A DNA stretch of 64,000 nucleotides, taken from assembly GCA_035461195.1 (NCBI GenBank), contig DATHVS010000037.1, positions 70 through 64,069 of the forward strand. Reading direction: 5' to 3'. Made by a program: the position numbers and the translations under genes. Source of the DNA: Nocardioidaceae bacterium. GTDB taxonomy: Bacteria; Actinomycetota; Actinomycetes; Propionibacteriales; Nocardioidaceae. Below are positions 18,797 to 29,472 of the stretch, piece after piece. The notes under the pieces were generated by a model. It was not told the origin of the DNA, did not search any database, and worked only from the letters and a program-made list of their open reading frames with translations. Position 1 is the stretch's first letter. Every line of letters begins with the position of its first letter.

Positions 18797-19935
18797 TGAG
18801 CCTGCTCTCTCGCCGCCGACCCGCCGTCGAGGTCGACCTCGCCGCGGTGCGGACCGCGCTCGGCACGGTCGAGGATCCCGAACTGCACCTGCCTCTGGAC
18901 GAGGCGGGCATGCTCGGGGACCTCGACGTTGACCGGTCGGGCACCGTCAGGGTGAGCGTCAAGCTCACCACGCCCGCCTGCCCGATGAAGGACACCCTCG
19001 CCCGCGAGGTCACCGAGGCCGTGAGCAAGGTTGCCGGCGTCGAGCGGGTCGAGGTCTCCTTCGGCGCGATGAGCGAGAACGAGAAGATGCGTCTCGCCCA
19101 GCGCCTGCGCGGTGACAACCCCGACGGTGGCGGCCACCCGTTCGGGGTCGACTCGCAGACCCAGGTCTACGCGATCGCCAGCGGCAAGGGCGGCGTCGGG
19201 AAGTCCACCGTCACCGCGAACCTCGCGGTCGCGCTCGCGAACCAGGGCAAGCGGGTGGGCGTCCTCGACGCCGACGTGTGGGGCTACTCGATCCCCCACC
19301 TGTTCGGCGTACGCCGGGCGCCGATCGCGATCAAGGGGATGATGCTCCCGGTCGAGGCCCACGGCGTCTCGCTCATGTCGGTCGGCTTCTTCGTCAAGGA
19401 CGAGGAGCCGGTCGTCTGGCGCGGCCCGATGCTCCACAAGGCGCTCGAGCAGTTCCTCGGCGACGTCCACTGGGGCGAGCTCGACGTGCTGCTCATCGAC
19501 CTCCCGCCCGGGACCGGCGACATCACCATGTCGCTGCTCGAGCTCGTGCCGGACGCGGCCCTCATCGCGGTGACCACGCCGCAGCCCGCTGCCCAGACGG
19601 TGGCGGAGCGGGTGGGCAGGATGGCTCGCAACGCCCGCATGCCCGTGGCCGGCGTCATCGAGAACATGTCGGCGCTCGTGTGCGGGTCGTGCCACGAGAG
19701 CACCGCACTGTTCGGGTCGGGTGGCGGGGAACGGCTCGCCACGGCGATCGACGCGCCTCTGCTCGGGCAGGTGCCGCTCGACCTCGAGCTGCGCGAGGGC
19801 GGTGACGCCGGGGTCCCGGCGATGGTCTCGGCGCCCGGCTCGCACTCGGCACAGGAGCTACGGCGTGTCGCAGCCGCCCTGCCCGTCGTACGCCGGAGCC
19901 TGGTCGGCCGCTCCCTACCGCTCTCGGTCGTCTGA
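18796..19935 (+). CDS. mrp: Mrp/NBP35 (ApbC) Fe-S cluster carrier ATPase
   Basis: N-terminal DPE..LTTPACP, SGKGGVGKST, WRGPM, DLPPGTGD, ENMS..CGSC; TGATG overlap with Mo enzyme. Confidence 0.92.
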   Translation: MSLLSRRRPAVEVDLAAVRTALGTVEDPELHLPLDEAGMLGDLDVDRSGTVRVSVKLTTPACPMKDTLAREVTEAVSKVAGVERVEVSFGAMSENEKMRLAQRLRGDNPDGGGHPFGVDSQTQVYAIASGKGGVGKSTVTANLAVALANQGKRVGVLDADVWGYSIPHLFGVRRAPIAIKGMMLPVEAHGVSLMSVGFFVKDEEPVVWRGPMLHKALEQFLGDVHWGELDVLLIDLPPGTGDITMSLLELVPDAALIAVTTPQPAAQTVAERVGRMARNARMPVAGVIENMSALVCGSCHESTALFGSGGGERLATAIDAPLLGQVPLDLELREGGDAGVPAMVSAPGSHSAQELRRVAAALPVVRRSLVGRSLPLSVV

Positions 19936-19946
19936 GCCACGGCGGC

Positions 19947-21215
19947 ATGCACACCTGGCAGGTGCGGGACTTCGTACCCGAGGACCTCGAGGATCTCGTC
20001 CGCCTCGACGACGCCTCGACCACCACGAGACAGCCGCCGTTGTTCGGGCTGCCCGACGTGGTCGCCGCGCTCACGGCCCGCCAGCCTGCCGTGGTGGCGG
20101 TGGCCCACGGGCGGATCATCGGCTCCGCGGTGAGCCGGGTCGAGGGCGATCGCGCCTGGCTGCTCCGGCTGGCGCTCGCACCCGACTGGCGCGGGAGGGG
20201 GCTCGGCAGCGCGCTCCTCGGCGCGCTCGAGCACCGGCTGGTCGCGTCGGGGGTACGCCGGCTGAGTGCGATCCTGCCCGAGGCGGAGACCGGCACCCAG
20301 GCCTTCGTCAACAGCGGTTTCACCAGAAGGACGGGCCTGACGTACTTCGAGAAGACCGAGATGGTCACACCGCACACCGCGAACCTTCTCTCCTCGCTGG
20401 GCGGCAGCGTCCCGGCCGCAGGGCTGTGGGACCAGGTCGCGGGGATGGCCACCGAGAAGGAGCTGGTCGAGAGGCGGCTGGTGCTGCCGCTCGCGCGGCC
20501 GGTGGAGGCCCACGAGCACGGCGTCGAGCCACCCCGCGCCGTCGTCCTCTTCGGCCCACCCGGCACCGGCAAGACCACCTTCGCCAAGGCGGTGGCGAGC
20601 CGGTTGTCGTGGCCGTTCGTGGAGCTGTTCCCCAGCCGTCTCGCTGCTGAGGACGGCGGTCTCGCGGCGGGCATCGGCGCGGCTTTCGCCCGGATCGCCG
20701 AGCTCGACAACGTGGTGGTGTTCATCGACGAGGTCGAGGAGATCGCCGCGGCACGCGAGGCCGGAGGCCCTTCGGTCGCGGTGGTCAACGAGCTGCTGAA
20801 GGCCCTCGTCGGCTTCCGGGAACGCGACGGGCGGCTGCTCGTCTGCGCCACCAACTCCGTGCGCGCCCTCGACAGCGCCTTCCTCCGCCACGGCCGGTTC
20901 GACTACGTGCTGCCCATCGGCCCACCGGACGAGACGGCCCGCGCCGCGATGTGGACCAGCCACCTCGCCCGCACCGAGGACGACGTCGACACGACCGCCC
21001 TGGTGGGGGCGAGCACGAACTTCACGCCGGCCGACATCGCTCACGCGGCGCGTACGGTGGCCCAGAAGACCTTCGAGTGCACCGTGGACACCGGCCGCCG
21101 CTGTCGCGCGACCACCGCGGACTACGTGAGCACGCTCCAGGCAATGCGGCCCACGCTCACCGAGGAGATGGTGACGGCGTTCGACGAGGACATCACGGAG
21201 TTCGCGCGCACGTGA
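19947..21215 (+). CDS. GNAT acetyltransferase-AAA+ ATPase fusion
   Basis: RLALAPDWRGRGLGSALL (acetyl-CoA motif A); GPPGTGKT, FIDEVE, CATN, RHGRFD. Confidence 0.85.
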   Translation: MHTWQVRDFVPEDLEDLVRLDDASTTTRQPPLFGLPDVVAALTARQPAVVAVAHGRIIGSAVSRVEGDRAWLLRLALAPDWRGRGLGSALLGALEHRLVASGVRRLSAILPEAETGTQAFVNSGFTRRTGLTYFEKTEMVTPHTANLLSSLGGSVPAAGLWDQVAGMATEKELVERRLVLPLARPVEAHEHGVEPPRAVVLFGPPGTGKTTFAKAVASRLSWPFVELFPSRLAAEDGGLAAGIGAAFARIAELDNVVVFIDEVEEIAAAREAGGPSVAVVNELLKALVGFRERDGRLLVCATNSVRALDSAFLRHGRFDYVLPIGPPDETARAAMWTSHLARTEDDVDTTALVGASTNFTPADIAHAARTVAQKTFECTVDTGRRCRATTADYVSTLQAMRPTLTEEMVTAFDEDITEFART

Positions 21216-21231
21216 GCCGACGAGGAGGACG

Positions 21232-22686
21232 ATGACCCCGGTCAGCCGCCGCACCGTGCTCGGGCTGGGTGCGCTGGGGGTCGCGACTGCCGCTGTCGGA
21301 ACGGCAGGGGTGCTCACCTTGACCCGCCCGTGGCGCTCGACCCGTGACACCGTGGCCGGCGGGTCCCTGCGCGAGCCTGCGGTGCTCCGCAGCGAGGACG
21401 GCTCGCTCGAGGTGACCCTGACCGCGCGTTCCGGTGTCCACGAGGTCGCGGGCGTCCGGGCGCGCACCCTCGGCTTCAACGGCGGGCTGCCCGGCCCGAC
21501 CCTCGTCGTACGCCCCGGCGACCGGCTCCGGATCCGTCTGGTCAACGAGCTCGACGAGCCCACCAACCTCCACGTCCACGGTCTCCACGTCTCACCGAGG
21601 GACAACGGTGACAACGTCTTCGTCGAGGTGGCTCCCGGCGGGTCGTTCGACTACGAGCACCGGTTGCCCGAGGACCATCCTCCGGGTCTGTACTGGTACC
21701 ACCCGCACCACCACGGCATGGTCGCCGACCAGATCTACGGCGGCCTCTTCGGCGCGATCCTCGTGGAGGACCCCGAGCCGGTCGCGGTCGCCGCTGACCG
21801 GCTGCTCGTCGTCTCCGACATCACCCTCGACCCCGACGGCGGCGTCCTCCGGCCCTCCCCCATGGAGCAGATGATGGGCCGTGAGGGCGCGCTGGTGCTC
21901 GTCAACGGCCAGGCCAGGCCCCACGTCGAGGCCCGCAGCGGGGAGCGTCAGCGGTGGCGGGTGCTGAACGCCTGCACCTCGAGGTTCCTGTCTCTTCGGC
22001 TCGACGGGCACGAGCTGCACCTGCTCGGCATGGACGGCGGCCGCCACGCCGAACCCGTGCGCACCGAGCAGGTGCTCCTCGCCCCGGGCAACCGGGCGGA
22101 CCTGCTCGTCACCGTCGGCCGCGGCGACGGAGTCCTGCGCGCAGTCCCCTACGACCGCGGCGGCATGGGCATGGGGATGGGCGGAATGATGCGGGACACG
22201 CAGGAAGGGCCGGTGCGGCTGCTCGACCTCCGGGTCACCGGCGCGGCGGAACCGCCGCCCGGACTGCCCGTGTTCGCGGCTCCCCGGGACCTGCGCGACG
22301 AGGCCGTGGACGCCGACCGCGACCTCGTCCTGGCCATGGGAATGGGGATGGGGATGGGCCGGATGAGCTTCACCATCGACGGCCGGGAGTTTGCGGCCGA
22401 CCGGGTCGACCAGGCGGTGACGGCCGGTTCGGTCGAGGAGTGGACGATCCACAACGACAGCCCGATGGACCACCCCTTCCACCTGCACGTCTGGCCGATG
22501 CAGGTCCTCGAGGAGAACGGCCGCCGGCCTGACCGACCCACCTGGCTCGACGTGGTGAACGTCCCCGCCCGGGGCAGCGTGCGGATGCGGGTCGCCTTCG
22601 ACGGGTTCGACGGCCGCACGGTCTACCACTGCCACATCCTCGACCACGAGGACCGCGGGATGATGGGTGTGGTCGAGGCGACCTAG
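21232..22686 (+). CDS. Tat-exported multicopper oxidase with Met-rich inserts
   Basis: SRRTVLG leader; HVHG, WYHPH, HPFHLH, HCHILDHEDRGMM; MGMGMG segments. Confidence 0.95.
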   Translation: MTPVSRRTVLGLGALGVATAAVGTAGVLTLTRPWRSTRDTVAGGSLREPAVLRSEDGSLEVTLTARSGVHEVAGVRARTLGFNGGLPGPTLVVRPGDRLRIRLVNELDEPTNLHVHGLHVSPRDNGDNVFVEVAPGGSFDYEHRLPEDHPPGLYWYHPHHHGMVADQIYGGLFGAILVEDPEPVAVAADRLLVVSDITLDPDGGVLRPSPMEQMMGREGALVLVNGQARPHVEARSGERQRWRVLNACTSRFLSLRLDGHELHLLGMDGGRHAEPVRTEQVLLAPGNRADLLVTVGRGDGVLRAVPYDRGGMGMGMGGMMRDTQEGPVRLLDLRVTGAAEPPPGLPVFAAPRDLRDEAVDADRDLVLAMGMGMGMGRMSFTIDGREFAADRVDQAVTAGSVEEWTIHNDSPMDHPFHLHVWPMQVLEENGRRPDRPTWLDVVNVPARGSVRMRVAFDGFDGRTVYHCHILDHEDRGMMGVVEAT

Positions 22687-22697
22687 AATCGGCGGCG

Positions 22698-23060
22698 ATG
22701 CTGACGACCAAGCGACTCCTGCTGGGCATTGTGATGCTCGGCGTCGTCGGCATGCACGGACTCGCCGCGACCGGGGGTACGCCGGCCGCGCACCACGTCT
22801 GGGCGACGACGACGGCCGCCGCCTCTGCTCGCGCCGCCGACCACGTGCACACCTCGACGACTCCCGCCGACGACGAGGGCGCAACCGCTCTCGCGCTGTG
22901 CATGGCACTGCTGCTGGCCCTCGCCGGCGCGGTCCGGGCGGGACGACGTACGACATGGGTCGCGCAGCTCGACCGGGGGTCCCCTCCACTGCCGCTCCCC
23001 TTCCCACCGGTGCTGCGCGACAGGTCTCCGGTGCCACGGTTCACGGTGATGCGCTGCTGA
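22698..23060 (+). CDS. Small His-containing membrane protein of actinobacterial copper clusters (DUF6153-like)
   Basis: Two hydrophobic segments, MHGL..HH, position upstream of DUF305; TAGAAT 8 nt before ATG. Confidence 0.6.
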   Translation: MLTTKRLLLGIVMLGVVGMHGLAATGGTPAAHHVWATTTAAASARAADHVHTSTTPADDEGATALALCMALLLALAGAVRAGRRTTWVAQLDRGSPPLPLPFPPVLRDRSPVPRFTVMRC

Positions 23061-23114
23061 GGGGTGGTCCTTGCGCCACCGACCAGCACGTTTCGAACCG
23101 ATGAAGGAGAACAC

Positions 23115-23711
23115 ATGCGCCTCTCGCGCACCCTCGCCGCGGTCGCGGCCGCACTCACCCTGACCCTCGCCGGCTGTGCCTCGTCCGAGTCGTCGGCGGA
23201 CCCCAGCGGGTTCAACGACGCCGACGTGGACTTCGCCACCGACATGATCCAGCACCACGCCCAGGCCCTGGTGATGGTCGACATGACGATGGGCCGCGAC
23301 CTCGACCCCGAGATGGTCGAGCTGACCGAGGAGATCCGCGCCGCGCAGGCGCCGGAGATCGAGCAGATGGCCGACTGGCTCGAGGACTGGGACCAGCCGG
23401 TCCCGCAGACCAGCAGGGACCACGCCAACGCCCACGCCGACGACCACGGCGGGGACGACGGCGCGCAGATGGACGCCGACATGCCCGGCATGATGAGCGC
23501 CGAGGAGATGGACGCCCTCGAGGACGCCTCCGGCGAGGAGTTCCGGACCATGTGGCTGGAGATGATGATCGAGCACCACCAGGGTGCGGTCGAGATGGCC
23601 GAGACCGTGGTCGAGGAGGGTCAGAACGGCGAGGTTCGCGCCCTTGCGGAGGACGTCATCCGCACCCAGAGCGACGAGATCTCCACGATGCAGGACCTGT
23701 TGGAGGGCTGA
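23115..23711 (+). CDS. DUF305 (CopM-like) lipoprotein
   Basis: LAGC lipobox; FATDMIQHHAQA and MMIEHHQGA repeats, MPGMM. Confidence 0.9.
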   Translation: MRLSRTLAAVAAALTLTLAGCASSESSADPSGFNDADVDFATDMIQHHAQALVMVDMTMGRDLDPEMVELTEEIRAAQAPEIEQMADWLEDWDQPVPQTSRDHANAHADDHGGDDGAQMDADMPGMMSAEEMDALEDASGEEFRTMWLEMMIEHHQGAVEMAETVVEEGQNGEVRALAEDVIRTQSDEISTMQDLLEG

Positions 23712-23714
23712 GCC

Positions 23715-24575
23715 GTGAGCGACCTGACGCGCACTGTCGGGGCCGCCGCGGCCGTCGCCCTCCTGCTCGTGTCGGCCGGCTGCTCGTCGGCCGACACGGA
23801 CGGCCGCGACAAGGCAGCCGACCCCGCCTCACACGACGACGCCTTCGGGCACGTCCACGACCTCGGCGTGAACCCCGCCGACGGGCGTCTCTACGTGGCC
23901 TCGCACATGGGCGTCTTCCGCCAGTCCGACGACGGTTTCGAGCGGATCGCCGACCGTTGGCAGGACACGATGGCGTTCACCGTGGCCGGCCCCGACCACT
24001 TCCTCGCCAGCGGCCACCCGGACATGCGCGAGGACAAGCCGACCCACCTCGGCCTGATCGAGTCCACCGACGCCGCCGAGTCGTGGACCGCCCTCTCGTT
24101 GGAGGGAGAGGCAGACTTCCACGCCCTCGAGCTCGCCGGCGACCGGCTGTACGGCTTCGACGCCCTGACCGGGACGCTGATGGTCACCGAGGACCGGCGC
24201 ACCTGGGAGGATCTGCTCTCCCTCCCCGTCCTCGACGTCGCTGCCGACCCCGAGGACCCCGAGGCGCTGGTGATCGTCGACCAGCGCGGCGAGCTGATGC
24301 GGTGGCGGACCGGAGGGGCTCCGGCGGCCCTCGAGGCCGCTCCCCGCATCGCGTTCCTCGACTGGTCCGAACCTGGACGCATCGTGGGCCTCGGCGGCGA
24401 GGCGGACGTCTGGGTCAGCGAGGACGGCGGAGAGACCTGGCGTGAGGCCGGTGTGGTGCCCGGTGGCCCGCAGGCGCTGACCACCGACGGCGACAACTGG
24501 TACGCCGCGACCGACCAGGGCCTGTTCACCTCCACCGACCGGGGGGAGTCCTGGGAGTCGGTGCCGCTGGGCTGA
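23715..24575 (+). CDS. BNR/beta-propeller lipoprotein (F510_1955-like)
   Basis: SAGC lipobox, HVHDL, SGHP, STDAAESW/SEDGGETW/STDRGESW Asp-box repeats. Confidence 0.8.
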   Translation: MSDLTRTVGAAAAVALLLVSAGCSSADTDGRDKAADPASHDDAFGHVHDLGVNPADGRLYVASHMGVFRQSDDGFERIADRWQDTMAFTVAGPDHFLASGHPDMREDKPTHLGLIESTDAAESWTALSLEGEADFHALELAGDRLYGFDALTGTLMVTEDRRTWEDLLSLPVLDVAADPEDPEALVIVDQRGELMRWRTGGAPAALEAAPRIAFLDWSEPGRIVGLGGEADVWVSEDGGETWREAGVVPGGPQALTTDGDNWYAATDQGLFTSTDRGESWESVPLG

Positions 24576-24599
24576 TCGGCGCCACCCACTCCTTGATCC

Positions 24600-24641
24600 A
24601 TACCCCCCGCGGGTATATGGTAAGGATACCCCCTAGGGGTT
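24600..24641. promoter_or_regulatory. Two CsoR-type operators (ATACCCCCCGCGGGTAT; ATACCCCCTAGGGGTT)
   Basis: TAC-C-tract/G-tract-GTA pseudo-palindromes immediately upstream of csoR RBS AGGAGGAGG. Confidence 0.8.
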
Positions 24642-24656
24642 TAGGAGGAGGACGGT

Positions 24657-24950
24657 ATGGCACACGTGCAGCCCGGGTACATCGCTGAGAAGCAGGCCCA
24701 CCTGAACCGGCTCAAGCGCATCGAGGGACAGGTCCGCGGCATCCAGCGGATGGTCGACGAGGACACCTACTGCATCGACATCCTCACGCAGGTGTCGGCG
24801 GTGACGAAGGCCCTCGAGACAGTCGCTCTCTCCCTGCTCGACGAGCACCTGCGCCACTGCGTCAGCGACGCGGTGCGTGAGGGCGGCGACGTGGCCGACG
24901 AGAAGCTCACCGAGGCCTCCGCGGCGATCGCCCGCCTCGTCCGTTCCTGA
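24657..24950 (+). CDS. csoR: Copper-sensing repressor CsoR
   Basis: RLKRIEGQVRGI, YCIDILTQ, HLRHC (C-H-C copper ligands). Confidence 0.92.
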   Translation: MAHVQPGYIAEKQAHLNRLKRIEGQVRGIQRMVDEDTYCIDILTQVSAVTKALETVALSLLDEHLRHCVSDAVREGGDVADEKLTEASAAIARLVRS

Positions 24951-24973
24951 CCACGACACGAGAAGGAGTCACT

Positions 24974-25192
24974 ATGACCACCCAGACCTACTCCGTCACG
25001 GGCATGACCTGCGGTCACTGCGCCGGCGCCGTGACCGACGAGATCAAGGCGCTCGACGGCGTCAGCGAGGTCCAGGTCGACCTCGTCGCCGGCGGCACGT
25101 CCACCGTCACCGTGACCAGCGCGGCTCCGCTCGACGAGGCCGCCGTCGCCGAGGCCCTCGCCGAGGCCGGCGACTACGAGCTCGCCGGCTGA
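24974..25192 (+). CDS. copZ: Copper chaperone (HMA domain)
   Basis: GMTCGHC. Confidence 0.9.
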   Translation: MTTQTYSVTGMTCGHCAGAVTDEIKALDGVSEVQVDLVAGGTSTVTVTSAAPLDEAAVAEALAEAGDYELAG

Positions 25193-25222
25193 CGCGACCC
25201 ACCAGGGGAGGAGGCAGGACCC

Positions 25223-27511
<2,289 letters not shown>

Positions 27512-27514
27512 TCC

Positions 27515-27532
27515 TAGAACCTGTTCTAGAAT
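27515..27532 (+). promoter_or_regulatory. KstR-type operator TAGAACCTGTTCTA overlapping -10 TAGAAT of a leaderless gene
   Basis: Perfect TnnAACnnGTTnnA palindrome 27515-27528; TAGAAT 27527-27532 then 6 nt to ATG 27539. Confidence 0.75.
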
Positions 27533-27538
27533 CGGGCC

Positions 27539-28276
27539 ATGTCGCCCTCCGTCCACACCGTCCTCGGCACTCCGGTGGCCATGCCCGTCGAGGTCCGCAC
27601 CGCACAGGCGGCCACCGCGATGTTCTCCGTGCCCGCCGGCCGCGCCCAGGCGATGATCGACCACTCCGGGCTCCAGGTGCTGCCGCACCGTCCCGGACGG
27701 TCCGTGGTCGGCATCGTGGCGGTCCGGTACGTCGACGGCGACCTCGGCCCGTACGACGAGCTCGGGGTCTGCGTCCTCGTCCGACGGCACGATGCCCCTG
27801 CTCGGCGTACGACGCTCGGCGACCTGCGCTCCCTCCTCCGCGGGCGCGCCGGCGTGCTGATCCACCGCCTGCCTGTCGACGGGGAGTTCACGATGGCGGC
27901 CGGCCGGGAGATCTGGGGCTTCCCGAAGACCCTCGCGGAGTTCGACACCGACCTCACAGGACCCGACAGGCGGGTCATGGTCCGCCAGGAGGGGCACCTC
28001 GTCGTCGACCTGCGGGTCCGGCCCGGCCTGCCCCTGCCCGCCCCCGGCAGCAACCTCGCCCTCACGGCGTACTCCTGCCTCGACGGCGTCACCCGCCACA
28101 CCTCGTGGGAGATGGATCCGCGCGACGTCCGCTCTCGCCCCGGCGGCGCGGACCTGCGCCTCGGCGACCACCCGATGGCCCGCGAGCTCGCCGGTCTCGG
28201 GCTCCCCCGGCGGGCGCTGTTCAGCACCGTCATCGGGAACCTCGCCATGAGCTTCGGCGACGCCGAGCCCGTCTGA
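27539..28276 (+). CDS. Acetoacetate decarboxylase-family protein (Rv3519-like)
   Basis: MPV..RTA..AMFSVPA, RYVDGDLG.Y.E, LPVD..FT..AGR.IWGFPK, LGDHP. Confidence 0.85.
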   Translation: MSPSVHTVLGTPVAMPVEVRTAQAATAMFSVPAGRAQAMIDHSGLQVLPHRPGRSVVGIVAVRYVDGDLGPYDELGVCVLVRRHDAPARRTTLGDLRSLLRGRAGVLIHRLPVDGEFTMAAGREIWGFPKTLAEFDTDLTGPDRRVMVRQEGHLVVDLRVRPGLPLPAPGSNLALTAYSCLDGVTRHTSWEMDPRDVRSRPGGADLRLGDHPMARELAGLGLPRRALFSTVIGNLAMSFGDAEPV

Positions 28277-28401
28277 CCGCCCCGGCCATAGGGCCCCAGT
28301 GGGAGGGGACGGAGGACCCTGGGGACCAAACGGACGAGCCTGGATCATCGAGACCAGGCATGGCCGGGACGACCCCTGGCCGCACCGAGAGGGGACGCAC
28401 C

Positions 28402-29028
28402 ATGGCCACAGCGGTACGCGTACGTGAGACGACCCGGCGCGAGGTCGAGCAGGCCGCGGGGCCGGCCCGCGGCTGGTTCACGATGATGCTCGTCGGTGGG
28501 CTCGCGGGCGTGGTCTCCGGGGTCTGGCAGCTCGTGGAGCGGATCGCCTACGCCGGCGGTGACACGTCAGGCTCGATCTGCGACATCAACGCGGTCCTCT
28601 CCTGCAACAGCGTCTACACCCAGTGGCAGTCCTCGGCGCTCGGCATCCCCAACGCGATGATCAGCGTGCCTGTCTTCGCGATCCTCGCCTCCGCCGGCCT
28701 CGCCGGCCTGCTCGGGTCCCGGCTCTCGCGCCCCTACCTCGCCACCCTGCTCGGCGTCACCGTCGGCATGGCGGGCTTCTTGACCTGGTACATGCAGCAG
28801 TCGGCGTTCGCCATGGGTGCGCTGTGCCTGTTCTGCACCGTCTGCGCCGCCGCCCTCGTCGTGACCGGCATCGGCCTCACCCGCGTCGTCGACGCCGAGC
28901 AGGCCCTGGGCACCGGCCGGGCCGGCCACCAGCTGAGGCTGCTCGTCGAGGCTCGGGCAGACATCATCATCTGGGTCGGTCTCGCCGCGCTCATCACGGT
29001 GCTGCTCGTGCTCGGCCTGGCGCTCTGA
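28402..29028 (+). CDS. Vitamin K epoxide reductase (VKOR) family membrane protein
   Basis: ICDINAVLSC loop cysteines, GIPN, CLFC redox motif. Confidence 0.88.
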   Translation: MATAVRVRETTRREVEQAAGPARGWFTMMLVGGLAGVVSGVWQLVERIAYAGGDTSGSICDINAVLSCNSVYTQWQSSALGIPNAMISVPVFAILASAGLAGLLGSRLSRPYLATLLGVTVGMAGFLTWYMQQSAFAMGALCLFCTVCAAALVVTGIGLTRVVDAEQALGTGRAGHQLRLLVEARADIIIWVGLAALITVLLVLGLAL

Positions 29029-29031
29029 CCC

Positions 29032-29472
29032 TCAGGCAGCACCCTCGAACCTGGCCTGCAAGCCTTCGAGGGTGCTGTCGACGAGCCCCTTGATCACCTT
29101 GTTGCGGATGAAGCCCGGCAGCGGCAGGTTGTGGTGGATCGTCAGGGAGTACGTCACCGACGTCCGGCCACGGCCCGCCTTCGCGAGGGTGTAGTCCCCC
29201 TCCTGCCCCGTCTGGAGCCGCCCCTTGACCATCCGCCACGACATCCCGTCGTCGCGGTGCTCGTAGGACAGGGTGTACTCGTCGGTGCCCACGGTGGCCG
29301 ACGCCTTGAAGCGCGCGGTGGCGGGCAGACCGTCGTCGTACTCCTCGAGGACCTCCGCCTCGAGGATCTCGGGGATCCACTCGGCCTGGCTCTCCACGTC
29401 GCGGAGGGTGGCGAGCACGTCCGCCAGGGGCGCGCCGACCTCGACCGTCCGCCGAGCGTTGTCAGTGGGCAT
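29032..29472 (-). CDS. SRPBCC (cyclase/dehydrase-like) protein
   Basis: L.DVE...EW.PE, Y.L.Y, G.Y.L, V.Y.L; ATG 29472 chosen by RBS spacing. Confidence 0.8.
   Translation of the reverse strand: MPTDNARRTVEVGAPLADVLATLRDVESQAEWIPEILEAEVLEEYDDGLPATARFKASATVGTDEYTLSYEHRDDGMSWRMVKGRLQTGQEGDYTLAKAGRGRTSVTYSLTIHHNLPLPGFIRNKVIKGLVDSTLEGLQARFEGAA

Noticed and set aside
22160-22370. ATGGGN hexamer repeats as phase-variable microsatellites
   Set aside because: They encode in-frame Met-Gly copper-binding loops typical of multicopper oxidases
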